Virus record (IMG/VR): IMGVR_UViG_3300037086_000474
Coordinates: 48,463-112,462 of that record
DNA from: a virus
Strand: one strand, 5' to 3'
DNA: 64,000 nucleotides
This document shows positions 19,924 to 28,954 of the stretch, piece after piece. Both the position numbers and the translations under genes were made by a program. A model generated the notes under the pieces. It was not told the origin of the DNA. It worked only from the letters and a program-made list of their open reading frames with translations, and searched no databases. Within the stretch, counting starts at the first letter, position 1, and every line of letters begins with the position of its first letter.

Positions 19924-21414
19924 CTATTTCTTTACAAAAACACTATTACCACAGTCCCATATTCTATCCCAACCATTCAATTGCATGTTTTCCCATTCAG
20001 TCAACTTTGGATTAAAGATTTTCAGTTTTTTGGATAATTTGTGCTTCTGGAATTCAATTCTGTTGAATCTATGAGTGTAGTCAGTGTAATAATAGCTTGG
20101 GGAAGAATTTTCCATTTCAATGAAGCCGTTTTTTGAGTAGGTAGATCCTGAGAAGTATCTTTTGTCACAATAACTTATAATGCTTTTTGGATGATATTGT
20201 GTTTCGAAATATTTGAGCAATCTCGAAAATCCTCCCATGATCATCATGTCTTTCTTATTACAAAATCTCGTGATCTCCCACTCATATTTTTTGTTGAATC
20301 TTGGTTTAGAAAGACTCAACAGAGAAACCAATTTGCCCTTGTGACGGAGACCAATATGAATTTTTCCAGCAGTAAATCCTTGGAGATGATTTGTATCAAC
20401 GAAAACTCTAGCTTCTTCACTAGAAATCTCATCTATGATGCAGCTTCTGGCACCAATTTTTGAGGTGGTTAGACCCATGATTGTTCGAATAATTGATTCT
20501 ACTATTTCTCTTTTCTCAATCCATTCATCCTCAAAAATATGAATCAATTTGATTCCATGTTGTTCGCAAAGATTAGTTTTCTGAAGATGTCCAGTTTTGT
20601 TTCCGCCATTCAGTTCTGAATGCCAATAGATGCCATCGAACTCTATAGCTAATTTATGTTTTGGAAGATAAATGTCGAGTTCATATGGTGGTATAATTTT
20701 CTTAGTGTTTTCTTCTATAGAAGAAATGGAAAGTTGTTTCACAAAATCAACAACCTGTTTTTCAACAAGAGAACTTCCATTTTGTTTTGGAAAACAGATT
20801 GGGCATCGGGGAAGAGTGCCGTTGGCGTAGTAAAACTGAAAAACGGTATTACAGGTGATACATCTCCAATCAAACTTTTGGTATTTTTCCTTTTTATCAA
20901 GATATTCTTGTAGATTAAAAAGAGGAACAACTTTATCGAATGTTTTGAATTTGAGATATGAATTCTTCAACTTTATTTTTTTATATTTAGGATTATTGAA
21001 ATTTGTTTCAATACCATATCGAGTCAACATGGTCTGTTTCTTTTTTTCCTTGACACCCACTATTTGAGAAGGGTTATCTACACCATATTTTTTTTGAATT
21101 CCTTGTTTGATTCTAGAAGAAGCATTAGCTGATCCATATTTAGCTATTTTAGTAATCGTAAAACCACATTCTCTGCAGAGAATCTCTTCTTCAAAAAATT
21201 TAGAGTTAGAATTGAATTTTTCAGTTTTCTTCTTTTTGCAATGATGACAGATATAAACTATCTGATCTCTTTGTTTGATTGGATAGATTTTATTGACTAG
21301 GAGTGTTTGAAATTTTTTCAGACGACAGATTTGTTCACTTTTTTCTATCGATTTGACCTTAATGTGCTTACTGAATATGATTACTTCTAATACCATTAAT
21401 ATAAAATATGCCAA
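19924..21414 (-). CDS. free-standing Hef/Vsr-like homing endonuclease (start uncertain)
   Basis: YGVDNPSQ-type repeats, CxxC Zn ribbons, ELDIY...AIEFDGIYWHS nuclease motif, C-terminal NHLQG/EITRFC/RIWDCG domain; opposite strand to neighbours. Confidence 0.75.
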   Translation of the reverse strand: MAYFILMVLEVIIFSKHIKVKSIEKSEQICRLKKFQTLLVNKIYPIKQRDQIVYICHHCKKKKTEKFNSNSKFFEEEILCRECGFTITKIAKYGSANASSRIKQGIQKKYGVDNPSQIVGVKEKKKQTMLTRYGIETNFNNPKYKKIKLKNSYLKFKTFDKVVPLFNLQEYLDKKEKYQKFDWRCITCNTVFQFYYANGTLPRCPICFPKQNGSSLVEKQVVDFVKQLSISSIEENTKKIIPPYELDIYLPKHKLAIEFDGIYWHSELNGGNKTGHLQKTNLCEQHGIKLIHIFEDEWIEKREIVESIIRTIMGLTTSKIGARSCIIDEISSEEARVFVDTNHLQGFTAGKIHIGLRHKGKLVSLLSLSKPRFNKKYEWEITRFCNKKDMMIMGGFSRLLKYFETQYHPKSIISYCDKRYFSGSTYSKNGFIEMENSSPSYYYTDYTHRFNRIEFQKHKLSKKLKIFNPKLTEWENMQLNGWDRIWDCGNSVFVKK

Positions 21415-21434
21415 AAATACTAAAAGATAGTTAT

Positions 21435-21827
21435 ATGAGCCAAATACAAAAAGTAGATACCAATAAGACCATGGTTGAAGCTCAACAGCAACAGGTTGAA
21501 CAGATGAATGAAGTTGCTAAATTGGCTATGACCAATATAGATTCTGATAGAGATAGAAGCAATGAATTATATGATTTTATGAAAGACCAAATTGATATCG
21601 ATGGTGACCGTAACCCAGCCACGAGAGAAGCCATGTCCAAGGCAGTTGAGCTCAGAATGAAAGGGACTGATCAGTTGATTGAGCTTTTGAAAATAAAGGC
21701 CAAACTAATCAATCCAAATGCTCCGGGAGTGAATGTTAATATAAATTTGGGTAGTTATGATGAAAACAAGGGTGGAGATACAAGCGACTTGATTGAGGTT
21801 GTAGATAAAATTAGACACGGAGAATAA
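21435..21827 (+). CDS. helical protein, possible small terminase subunit
   Basis: AAGATA just upstream of ATG 21435; helical core followed by VNVNINLGS, reminiscent of the T4 gp16 tail. Confidence 0.35.
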   Translation: MSQIQKVDTNKTMVEAQQQQVEQMNEVAKLAMTNIDSDRDRSNELYDFMKDQIDIDGDRNPATREAMSKAVELRMKGTDQLIELLKIKAKLINPNAPGVNVNINLGSYDENKGGDTSDLIEVVDKIRHGE

Positions 21828-21829
21828 AT

Positions 21830-21860
21830 AAGGGACTCTTTCGAGTCCCTTTTCTTTTAT
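21830..21860. terminator. intrinsic terminator between convergent genes
   Basis: aagggactc-tttc-gagtccctt followed by a T-rich tract. Confidence 0.85.
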
Positions 21861-22792
21861 TTTTGTTCGATTACTGGTATTTGCCAATTCTTGAACGCGT
21901 GATAGTATTTCAGAGCCTCGGCTAAATCTCCCTTTATATAGAGAGAATTTGGAATTGCCCCACTGCCATCTTTCCAATAATTAGAAATGACTTCATACTC
22001 ATCAGTAAATAGTGCCAGAAGAACCCAATCTTCTCGGTTGTTGAATGTCTGCATCAAATCATCGATTCTAGCAACAAGCAACTTAATCGATTCAGATGGA
22101 TTATTAAGAGTTTCGTTTCCCTTATACACAAGTTGAAAAAATCTGTTGTTTCTGATCAATGGTAAATTGGCGATTCTTTCTCCAGTCTTCATGTACATTG
22201 AAGCAATTCCATGTCGATAGGCCACATTATAGACTGGATTGAAGTTTGTGGCTACTTTTAGATACGCGAGAGGTAGAAAATAGTTAATCGATGGAATATC
22301 AGACGTGCAAAGCCACGTCTGCTCGAAGAAAGTACTCAATTGATCATCATTCATTTTTTGTTCAACAGGCGTAATGTTTGTATAGTAATTGACCATTGAA
22401 TATGTGAATTCTCTAAGTTTTTCCTTTCTTTGATTCATCGGCAAGCTTTCCCAGGAATTAGTTGCTTCCATCCTATCTCTTGCAACGAGAATTCTCTCAC
22501 TTTCGTGCAGGTAGGTCTTTTTCATGTCGTTGACTGCCCAGGTGAACGCTAGCCAGCCTCCAACAACAGCAAGAATGAAAACAGAACAAAGAACAATTAT
22601 GGTAACTCTCTGTTTTCTGCCGGTCTCATTTTTCTCTTTGCTAGTTCCACTCACTGCATTAATCAGCAACTCTCCCACATCAACCCCCTGTTGTTTTGCA
22701 GCATCAAGTATCATACTAACTGCTGTTACTTCGCCGTTGGGTTTTCTTATGCCATTAGGCCCTAGTATAGGAGGTCTTAAAGGTTCAGCCAT
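21857..22792 (-). CDS. membrane-anchored protein with a degenerate SLT-like domain
   Basis: One TM helix; LAYLKVATNFNP...HGIASM resembles SLT xESxFNP...GLMQ without the catalytic Glu. Confidence 0.5.
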   Translation of the reverse strand: MAEPLRPPILGPNGIRKPNGEVTAVSMILDAAKQQGVDVGELLINAVSGTSKEKNETGRKQRVTIIVLCSVFILAVVGGWLAFTWAVNDMKKTYLHESERILVARDRMEATNSWESLPMNQRKEKLREFTYSMVNYYTNITPVEQKMNDDQLSTFFEQTWLCTSDIPSINYFLPLAYLKVATNFNPVYNVAYRHGIASMYMKTGERIANLPLIRNNRFFQLVYKGNETLNNPSESIKLLVARIDDLMQTFNNREDWVLLALFTDEYEVISNYWKDGSGAIPNSLYIKGDLAEALKYYHAFKNWQIPVIEQK

Positions 22793-22833
22793 TTTTTACT
22801 CCTTTTTCTTATATTATCAAACTATGCATCAAA

Positions 22834-23679
22834 CTAGTAGGTGACTGAAAGAAAATTCATTGGATCAATTGGAATTTTGTCTTTTCTGATTTCATAGTGG
22901 AGATGGGGACCATTGGATTCTCCAGTCTCTCCAACTCGACCAATCATATCACCTCGCTTAACACTGTCTCCTATATGACAATCAAATTCACTCAAATGAG
23001 CATAGTAGGTAACGAATCCATATTTATGAGTAACAATAATCACTCTTCCATATATAGGATTATCTCTTTGTATTAAAGTGACAGTTCCTTCGGCGGTTAC
23101 AAGAACTGGATCTCCGGTCTTACCTGCAATATCAATTCCAGCATGAAGACTGAGTTTTTTCTCATCAAATGGATCTGGTCTAAAGCCAAATCCTGATGTA
23201 ATTTTTGGAACTCCATCGCTCTTTACGGGCCAAACGAATGGAAAATTGTCGATAAACTCTTTACGAGCGCTCAGATACACCTTGACCTGCGAAAGGAGTT
23301 TCTGTTCCTCGTCTATGTTATAGACAAGATCTCTTAATTGAAGTAGGACGTTTTCATCAGAGGGATTAATTGTTTGTGGGGAGGCTCCGCCCATGGGCGT
23401 TTTTCTATTGTAGATCAAATCTACGATGGATTTTATGGATTCTTTGTATCGATTGCTTACTTTAAGCACGTCTGTGTATTGGTTTCTATAGTCGTCTCTT
23501 TGTTTCTCTAGTCCTTTGATTGTGGCTTCATAGCTTGTTTTGGAGGCCTCTATCCTTCGATCTGCTAACCATCGAGTTGCCAGTGTAAATCCTCCAAGGA
23601 GGATTACCACGACACCAAGAATTGTCAGAAAGAATATTCGAGGACGGACGCCTGCCTTTTGAGTAGGCCCTAGTTTCAT
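22834..23679 (-). CDS. M23-family peptidoglycan endopeptidase
   Basis: N-terminal TM and coiled coil; ITSGFGFR, HAGID, TYYAHL, GPHLHYEI motifs. Confidence 0.92.
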   Translation of the reverse strand: MKLGPTQKAGVRPRIFFLTILGVVVILLGGFTLATRWLADRRIEASKTSYEATIKGLEKQRDDYRNQYTDVLKVSNRYKESIKSIVDLIYNRKTPMGGASPQTINPSDENVLLQLRDLVYNIDEEQKLLSQVKVYLSARKEFIDNFPFVWPVKSDGVPKITSGFGFRPDPFDEKKLSLHAGIDIAGKTGDPVLVTAEGTVTLIQRDNPIYGRVIIVTHKYGFVTYYAHLSEFDCHIGDSVKRGDMIGRVGETGESNGPHLHYEIRKDKIPIDPMNFLSVTY

Positions 23680-23785
23680 TCATACCTCCGATATAGTTAA
23701 AATTATGCAGGTTTCATACTGGATTATCTTTCCTTTTATCAATCAAAACGAAAGATAATTCTAGAAACATCCAGGAGGCCCCGAA

Positions 23786-23965
23786 ATGAAATTTGTTGAG
23801 TATTTGGTGGAATTTGTAGTCCATATGCCTGGACATAAGAACTCGGTAGGAGAAGAAGCCCCATGGGTCATTAAGTCTCATACCACGGGCAAAATTTTGT
23901 CATCCCATAAGTCTCGTTCAGCTGCAAAGTCTCACCTCAGAGACATGCATTCCCATGGAGGCTAA
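23786..23965 (+). CDS. small His-rich protein, probable capsid-internal (not in ORF track)
   Basis: GGAGG SD; MKFVEYLVEFVVHMPGHKNS...HLRDMHSHGG, 59 aa. Confidence 0.7.
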   Translation: MKFVEYLVEFVVHMPGHKNSVGEEAPWVIKSHTTGKILSSHKSRSAAKSHLRDMHSHGG

Positions 23966-23967
23966 CA

Positions 23968-24762
23968 ATGCCTGGAGATTGGCGTCCACGACTACATGAT
24001 ATCCCCGATGAAAAAGCCCTGTTCAAGTTTTTTGAGAAAAACGCTCGGTATCGAGGAGATAATGGTTATTCTATAGCTGGGATCTATGGCGACGACACCG
24101 ATATTTTGTTTAAAAAGCTTAAGAAGGCATGGAAGGCTGACGTCAAACAACACAAAGAAGAAATAGGTGAGAGTATTGGTCTCTTTGAGAAAAAGTGCTC
24201 AAAGAAAGACATGAAAAAACATAAATCCGAAAAGAAGGAGGACATTAACATGCCCAAAACATTAGAACAAATGATTAGAGAACAGCTTGTCAAAGAACAG
24301 GCTAAGAAACAGGCTAAGAAAGAACTAGGAAATGTTACTCTGATGGCTAAGGACCAGAAATCGGTAGAAGGAAATTTGTCAGGAGTCGATAGCATAAAGC
24401 TCAAGAAAGACGACGAAAAAGAGCTAAAGATCAAGAAAATCAGTAAAAAATCAAGCTCTGTATTTGCCGATAAGAAAATGAATACGGAGGGCATTCTAAT
24501 GAAGTTTGTCAAAGCAATGGAAGAGGAAAGAGGTGTTTCAGAGCACCCCAAGGCTACTGCAAGAAAGAAGAAGAAAACCGAGGCTAGCCATGTTGGATCA
24601 AGCAAGGTTAAAGAAATTTACAAGACAGCCGAAAAACTGAAAGAGGCTCCAGGCGTAGATAACCCATGGGCCCTTGCTCATTGGCAGAAGGAAAGAAAGT
24701 TTGCTGGAGAAAGACAGCATGCTGCCGAAAAGGCCGCTAGATCAAGAAAACGAAACAAGTAA
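23968..24762 (+). CDS. Lys/Glu-rich protein, probable capsid-internal
   Basis: 264 aa, highly charged; VDNPWALAHWQK motif. Confidence 0.65.
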   Translation: MPGDWRPRLHDIPDEKALFKFFEKNARYRGDNGYSIAGIYGDDTDILFKKLKKAWKADVKQHKEEIGESIGLFEKKCSKKDMKKHKSEKKEDINMPKTLEQMIREQLVKEQAKKQAKKELGNVTLMAKDQKSVEGNLSGVDSIKLKKDDEKELKIKKISKKSSSVFADKKMNTEGILMKFVKAMEEERGVSEHPKATARKKKKTEASHVGSSKVKEIYKTAEKLKEAPGVDNPWALAHWQKERKFAGERQHAAEKAARSRKRNK

Positions 24763-24764
24763 CC

Positions 24765-25259
24765 ATGGAAGAAACCAATCTCGACAAAATTCTTATCGAA
24801 GAGCTGGCTCTCAATGAGTTTATGCCGGCTGAAACAGTCGGAGGGGCAATTGCTCAGTTGAGCATAGTGACTATCGGATTTTTGGCCATGTTTATCATTA
24901 GTGGAGCTCCTGAAGCTATTATTGATCGAGTAGTCACTGCCATCAAAAATAGAAAAATAACTTCACAAAGGATCGAACGGCTAGTTCGAGACATGAAGAT
25001 TGTCGGATTGGATCCAAAAAAAATAACCGATCCAGCCCACACTGCTATTTTTACCAAAGTTATCAAAAAGTTAATGAAGGCAGAATCAACTACAGAAACT
25101 GAGGCGGCCGAAAAAGAGCTGAAGCAAATGCTCTCAGACTTTTGGCCATATCAGCGTGGTCAAATTAGAGATACCATGAATAAGATGTCAAAAGAAAATC
25201 AAATTTCTCTTGCCCATAAGATAAAGTACTTTTTTAGTTTTAAACAAGATGAAAATTAA
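24765..25259 (+). CDS. hypothetical protein with one hydrophobic segment
   Basis: 164 aa; acidic N-terminus followed by a TM-like stretch. Confidence 0.65.
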   Translation: MEETNLDKILIEELALNEFMPAETVGGAIAQLSIVTIGFLAMFIISGAPEAIIDRVVTAIKNRKITSQRIERLVRDMKIVGLDPKKITDPAHTAIFTKVIKKLMKAESTTETEAAEKELKQMLSDFWPYQRGQIRDTMNKMSKENQISLAHKIKYFFSFKQDEN

Positions 25260-25289
25260 TCCTAGAGAGCAGCCATATTGGAGATTCAT

Positions 25290-25547
25290 ATGAAATTAGA
25301 TGAGTTTGTAAAAAGGCTAGATAAAGAAATGCTTTCAACCGCATATGGCACACAAAGAAGTATAAGAAATGTGTCTTCAGATATAGATTATGCTCTACAA
25401 AACAAAAAAGAGATAACTGGAGATGATATAAAAAAGACTGCAGAAAAGTATGGACTTAAAGACATAGAACCAGAGCAAATAATCCAAATAGCTAAAGAGC
25501 TCAAACGAAGCAGATTGGCAAGACAACATGTCCAGGCAAAGGGCTAA
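25290..25547 (+). CDS. hypothetical protein
   Basis: GGAG SD before MKLDEFVKRLDKE. Confidence 0.65.
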   Translation: MKLDEFVKRLDKEMLSTAYGTQRSIRNVSSDIDYALQNKKEITGDDIKKTAEKYGLKDIEPEQIIQIAKELKRSRLARQHVQAKG

Positions 25548-25553
25548 CCTTAA

Positions 25554-25871
25554 ATGAGATTTGACGAAGCGGTCAAAGAAAAATACCCACATCCCGGATT
25601 TCCAGAAACCACCAATACTGATAAAAGAATCAAAATAGTCTCATATAAAGATTTCCGTCCAAAAAAGCATATCAAAAGGAAGAGAAAACTGTTTCGACAT
25701 ATAAAAGCAGTCCTCTCTGTTCATGAAAGAGCGGAAGTTGAGAGAGAGCGCGCCAAGGCAAAGAGAGAGCATGCAGAAGAAAAAGCAAGAGAAAAATTTC
25801 ACGAGAAGAAAAAACCAGTCAAGCATGTCCAGAAGCCTATAAGGAAACCAGCGAAGAAGAAAAAGAAATGA
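25554..25871 (+). CDS. very basic protein
   Basis: MRFDEAVKE N-terminus; K/R-rich. Confidence 0.65.
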   Translation: MRFDEAVKEKYPHPGFPETTNTDKRIKIVSYKDFRPKKHIKRKRKLFRHIKAVLSVHERAEVERERAKAKREHAEEKAREKFHEKKKPVKHVQKPIRKPAKKKKK

Positions 25872-26143
25872 CCGTTGCTCAACTCCTTAAAAAGGTTAGC
25901 AATGATTTTGCGGAAAAATATCTCTGGCAAAATTTAGTATTTGAATTTGCACGTGGCCGGTGGGTATATATGGAAACAGATAATGAATTTCCTGGTCATA
26001 CTCACACATGTGTTCAATGGCTTACCGATGACGATACCCCACATCGTTTCATTGATCAAGAACTCAGAAATGCAGCTATATTGGAAAGAGAGACGATCAA
26101 TTGGATTTTTGATCCTGCAGATCTCTTTGGGATAGACAAATGA
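25868..26143 (+). CDS. small protein, C-terminal-motif family
   Basis: RETINWIFD near C-terminus. Confidence 0.65.
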   Translation: MTVAQLLKKVSNDFAEKYLWQNLVFEFARGRWVYMETDNEFPGHTHTCVQWLTDDDTPHRFIDQELRNAAILERETINWIFDPADLFGIDK

Positions 26144-26490
26144 ACAGTTGGAACATAAAAGTTGGAGACATTTTTTACTATTTCTGGTTAGAGGCCCATG
26201 CTCTCACATTTATGAAAGTTGAGGCAATTAGACGTGACCGTTTTAAGATTCTTGAAATTTATAGCACTAACAGAAGTTATACTGTTGATAGTGAAACCCG
26301 TCTTCGATTCAATCGTCTGTATAAGAATTTTAGTACCCCACTCAAAAAGGCCATAAAATACGGAGTTCAATATTCAATAGTTGAGTCCATTTTTGATGGT
26401 GGCGGTTATCACAACACCATTCGAGATTATGCCATTGGATTTGATGGAGAGAGCAAAGTTGCCATAAAGGGTTGGGAGAAACATTTCTAA
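26140..26490 (+). CDS. small protein, C-terminal-motif family; paralogue of 26490..26846
   Basis: IKVGDIFYYF...YSIVESIFDGG. Confidence 0.7.
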   Translation: MNSWNIKVGDIFYYFWLEAHALTFMKVEAIRRDRFKILEIYSTNRSYTVDSETRLRFNRLYKNFSTPLKKAIKYGVQYSIVESIFDGGGYHNTIRDYAIGFDGESKVAIKGWEKHF

Positions 26491-26846
26491 TGAATAGGGA
26501 TGAACTCAAGGTTGGACAATTGTACTATTACTTCAACTTTGAAACCACTAGTGCTGAGTTTTTGCAAGTAAGGGCTCTCCATATTCAAGACAGAAACTGT
26601 TTGTTTGAAACAATGGAAATCTATATCTCTAGATACAAAGATCTTGGACAAAGAATTTTGCCTGTCAGTAAGATATATAGAGGACATGCCGCAGCCCTAA
26701 AGAAAGTAGGCTCAGTTCCATACTTGGGGCGCTATGTATTTCAATCAATTTTTGAAAATGGCAAGCACAATCAATTGGGAATGTATGTTGACGGTGAGGC
26801 ACGCTGGGCCTACAATGTTTGGAAATCAGCTTATAGAAGGAAATAA
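26490..26846 (+). CDS. small protein, C-terminal-motif family; paralogue of 26140..26490
   Basis: LKVGQLYYYF...RYVFQSIFENG. Confidence 0.7.
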   Translation: MNRDELKVGQLYYYFNFETTSAEFLQVRALHIQDRNCLFETMEIYISRYKDLGQRILPVSKIYRGHAAALKKVGSVPYLGRYVFQSIFENGKHNQLGMYVDGEARWAYNVWKSAYRRK

Positions 26847-26860
26847 CAAAGGAGCTTAAT

Positions 26861-27640
26861 ATGCCAGACTACGGACAATATGGAAAATATTTTTGGAACA
26901 ATAAATACAAAATGAGCCCAGTCATCTATAGCGGAAGAGCTGAAAGAGGCAGGTCTACTAACATTAACGTCGATGTAAGGAACTTCATTGTTAACAATGA
27001 CTATATCCTTCAACAAGTTGTCGCTAAATACGGACTCAAAAAAGACACTCCAAACAATACCGCATGGGCAGTTCAGCAATTTGTGGTCAAATTTCTCAGC
27101 TATATGGAAGACGATAAAGCCAATTTGGCTGAAGAATTTTGGCAGTTCCCATTTGAAGCAATTCAGTGGGGAGTTGGAGATTGTGAAGACGGAGCACTTT
27201 TGACTGCTTCTCTCATGATTAACGCTGGGATTGAATCCTGGAGAGTTAAGAGTGCCGCTGGATATGTACAGGAATCGGCGACCGCTCCTCAGGGTGGTCA
27301 TTGTTATTGTCTCTTTTTGGCAGACAGACCAGAATCTGAAAGAAAATTGGAATGGGTCATTATGGATTGGTGTTATCTCGAAGATTCAAGGCTTCCACCG
27401 GAAAAGAAACCATTAGCAAAAGACGGTGGTCAGCAGAATAACTACAAAGATACATGGTTCACTTTCAATGACCAATTTAGTTGGGCTGGTGGACCAATCA
27501 GCATGCAGGATAGCAGAGTTACTTCTGCCGTCGCCGCAGCTCAAGATAATCAATTGGCCGAGCAACTAACTAATGAGCTTCTTCCACAGATTTTCAACGA
27601 AATAGATAAAAAATATAAAAGAGGGCAAAGTATCTACTAA
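26861..27640 (+). CDS. transglutaminase-like cysteine peptidase
   Basis: GDCEDGA, GGHCY and MDW provide a Cys-His-Asp triad. Confidence 0.8.
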   Translation: MPDYGQYGKYFWNNKYKMSPVIYSGRAERGRSTNINVDVRNFIVNNDYILQQVVAKYGLKKDTPNNTAWAVQQFVVKFLSYMEDDKANLAEEFWQFPFEAIQWGVGDCEDGALLTASLMINAGIESWRVKSAAGYVQESATAPQGGHCYCLFLADRPESERKLEWVIMDWCYLEDSRLPPEKKPLAKDGGQQNNYKDTWFTFNDQFSWAGGPISMQDSRVTSAVAAAQDNQLAEQLTNELLPQIFNEIDKKYKRGQSIY

Positions 27641-27981
27641 TGATTGGCAAGAAAATTGGAGTCTTTTCAGATTTCTTTCACATAAGTCCTCCTCTCACCA
27701 AATGGATTGTCATGGCGGCACTACAAGATGAACAATTTGTTAAGGGAGGTGGCTATGGTGGAGACATCGACGATGATGGAATTGATTTTTACAAAAAGAA
27801 ACTTGGTGATATGAACCACATCATAGTTACCATGGCGCGAGGCAAGCTTATTGTTCAACTTGGAATCAAAAAGCCATTGAATAATGCAAATCCTGAAGAC
27901 CCAATCAAACATTTTATTAATACAAAAATTACTTATGCCATAGATATGTCAACTTTAGATGTCTATAATTCGCAATACTAG
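27640..27981 (+). CDS. hypothetical protein
   Basis: 113 aa, translationally coupled to previous gene. Confidence 0.6.
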   Translation: MIGKKIGVFSDFFHISPPLTKWIVMAALQDEQFVKGGGYGGDIDDDGIDFYKKKLGDMNHIIVTMARGKLIVQLGIKKPLNNANPEDPIKHFINTKITYAIDMSTLDVYNSQY

Positions 27982-28002
27982 AACGAGCATACTTTCATCT
28001 AT

Positions 28003-28611
28003 ATGACAGATGCCGTACTTGTGCTTGACATGGACTTTTTTACTAGACCCGTATATATTGGTAGTTTCTATGAAAAAAGAGAGTATTTGAATCCTCTAGA
28101 TTTCAAAGGAACGGCTAAAAATTGGATGACGCTTGATGATTTTTTGTACAAAATGAATTTCTTGTACAAAATCAGAGGAGCCTCTGTTGGAAGAGATCAA
28201 GAAACGATCTATTATCTTCAGAGAATGATTGATGTCCATCACATACAACCAAAAAAATTCGAACTAATACTCATGGATGCTCACCATGATTCATATATGT
28301 GGAATGACAAAAGTCATTATGATCATTGTCCTATCACCGAATTTAGAGATTGGGATTGGGCACTAGGAACGTTTAGATTTGGATGGGTCGATCATATCAC
28401 ATGGGTCTATCCAGATTATTTAGAAAAACAAGAGCCTTTTCATCCTGCAGCTTTCAGTAAAATACATACAAGAATTACTCCTGTCAAATGGGCTGATTTC
28501 AAACCTAACGAATATGAATGGAAATATCTTAGCCTTGTCTTGAATAAAGACATGGCAGCGTACGATGATAAAATGTTGCAAGGCATATTAAAACACATTC
28601 AAGTATTTTGA
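28003..28611 (+). CDS. arginase/deacetylase-fold (UPF0489-like) metallohydrolase
   Basis: LVLDMDFF and ILMDAHHD motifs. Confidence 0.6.
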   Translation: MTDAVLVLDMDFFTRPVYIGSFYEKREYLNPLDFKGTAKNWMTLDDFLYKMNFLYKIRGASVGRDQETIYYLQRMIDVHHIQPKKFELILMDAHHDSYMWNDKSHYDHCPITEFRDWDWALGTFRFGWVDHITWVYPDYLEKQEPFHPAAFSKIHTRITPVKWADFKPNEYEWKYLSLVLNKDMAAYDDKMLQGILKHIQVF

Positions 28612-28615
28612 AAGT

Positions 28616-28644
28616 AGGGCAACTGTAAAAAGTTGCCCTTTTTT
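28616..28644 (+). terminator. intrinsic terminator
   Basis: agggcaact-gtaaaa-agttgccct-ttttt. Confidence 0.85.
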
Positions 28645-28660
28645 GTAAGATATATTTATA

Positions 28661-28954
28661 ATGAAAGCCTATCATCTCCAATGGAATTACGAGGATTCAG
28701 ATGCCGATCCTCAAACCGGGGAACAAATACAAATACGGGTGCCAATTGATAGCTACGCCTTTGTTGAAGGAAATTATACTTTAGAATTCGACTTTAGCAA
28801 CGGTGGAGAAAAAGTAATGATCTGGGCAAATAACTCAGAACAGGCCGATAAGATCATCAGAAATTTTGAAAAAATCAAAGGGGCTCTAATTGACGAAAAC
28901 ACTAAGCATTATTGTATTGAATGCCTCTTCGAGAGAGATTACGAAATAAAATGA
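28661..28954 (+). CDS. small protein, C-terminal-motif family
   Basis: KHYCIECLFER; AAGATA 8 nt before the ATG. Confidence 0.7.
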   Translation: MKAYHLQWNYEDSDADPQTGEQIQIRVPIDSYAFVEGNYTLEFDFSNGGEKVMIWANNSEQADKIIRNFEKIKGALIDENTKHYCIECLFERDYEIK

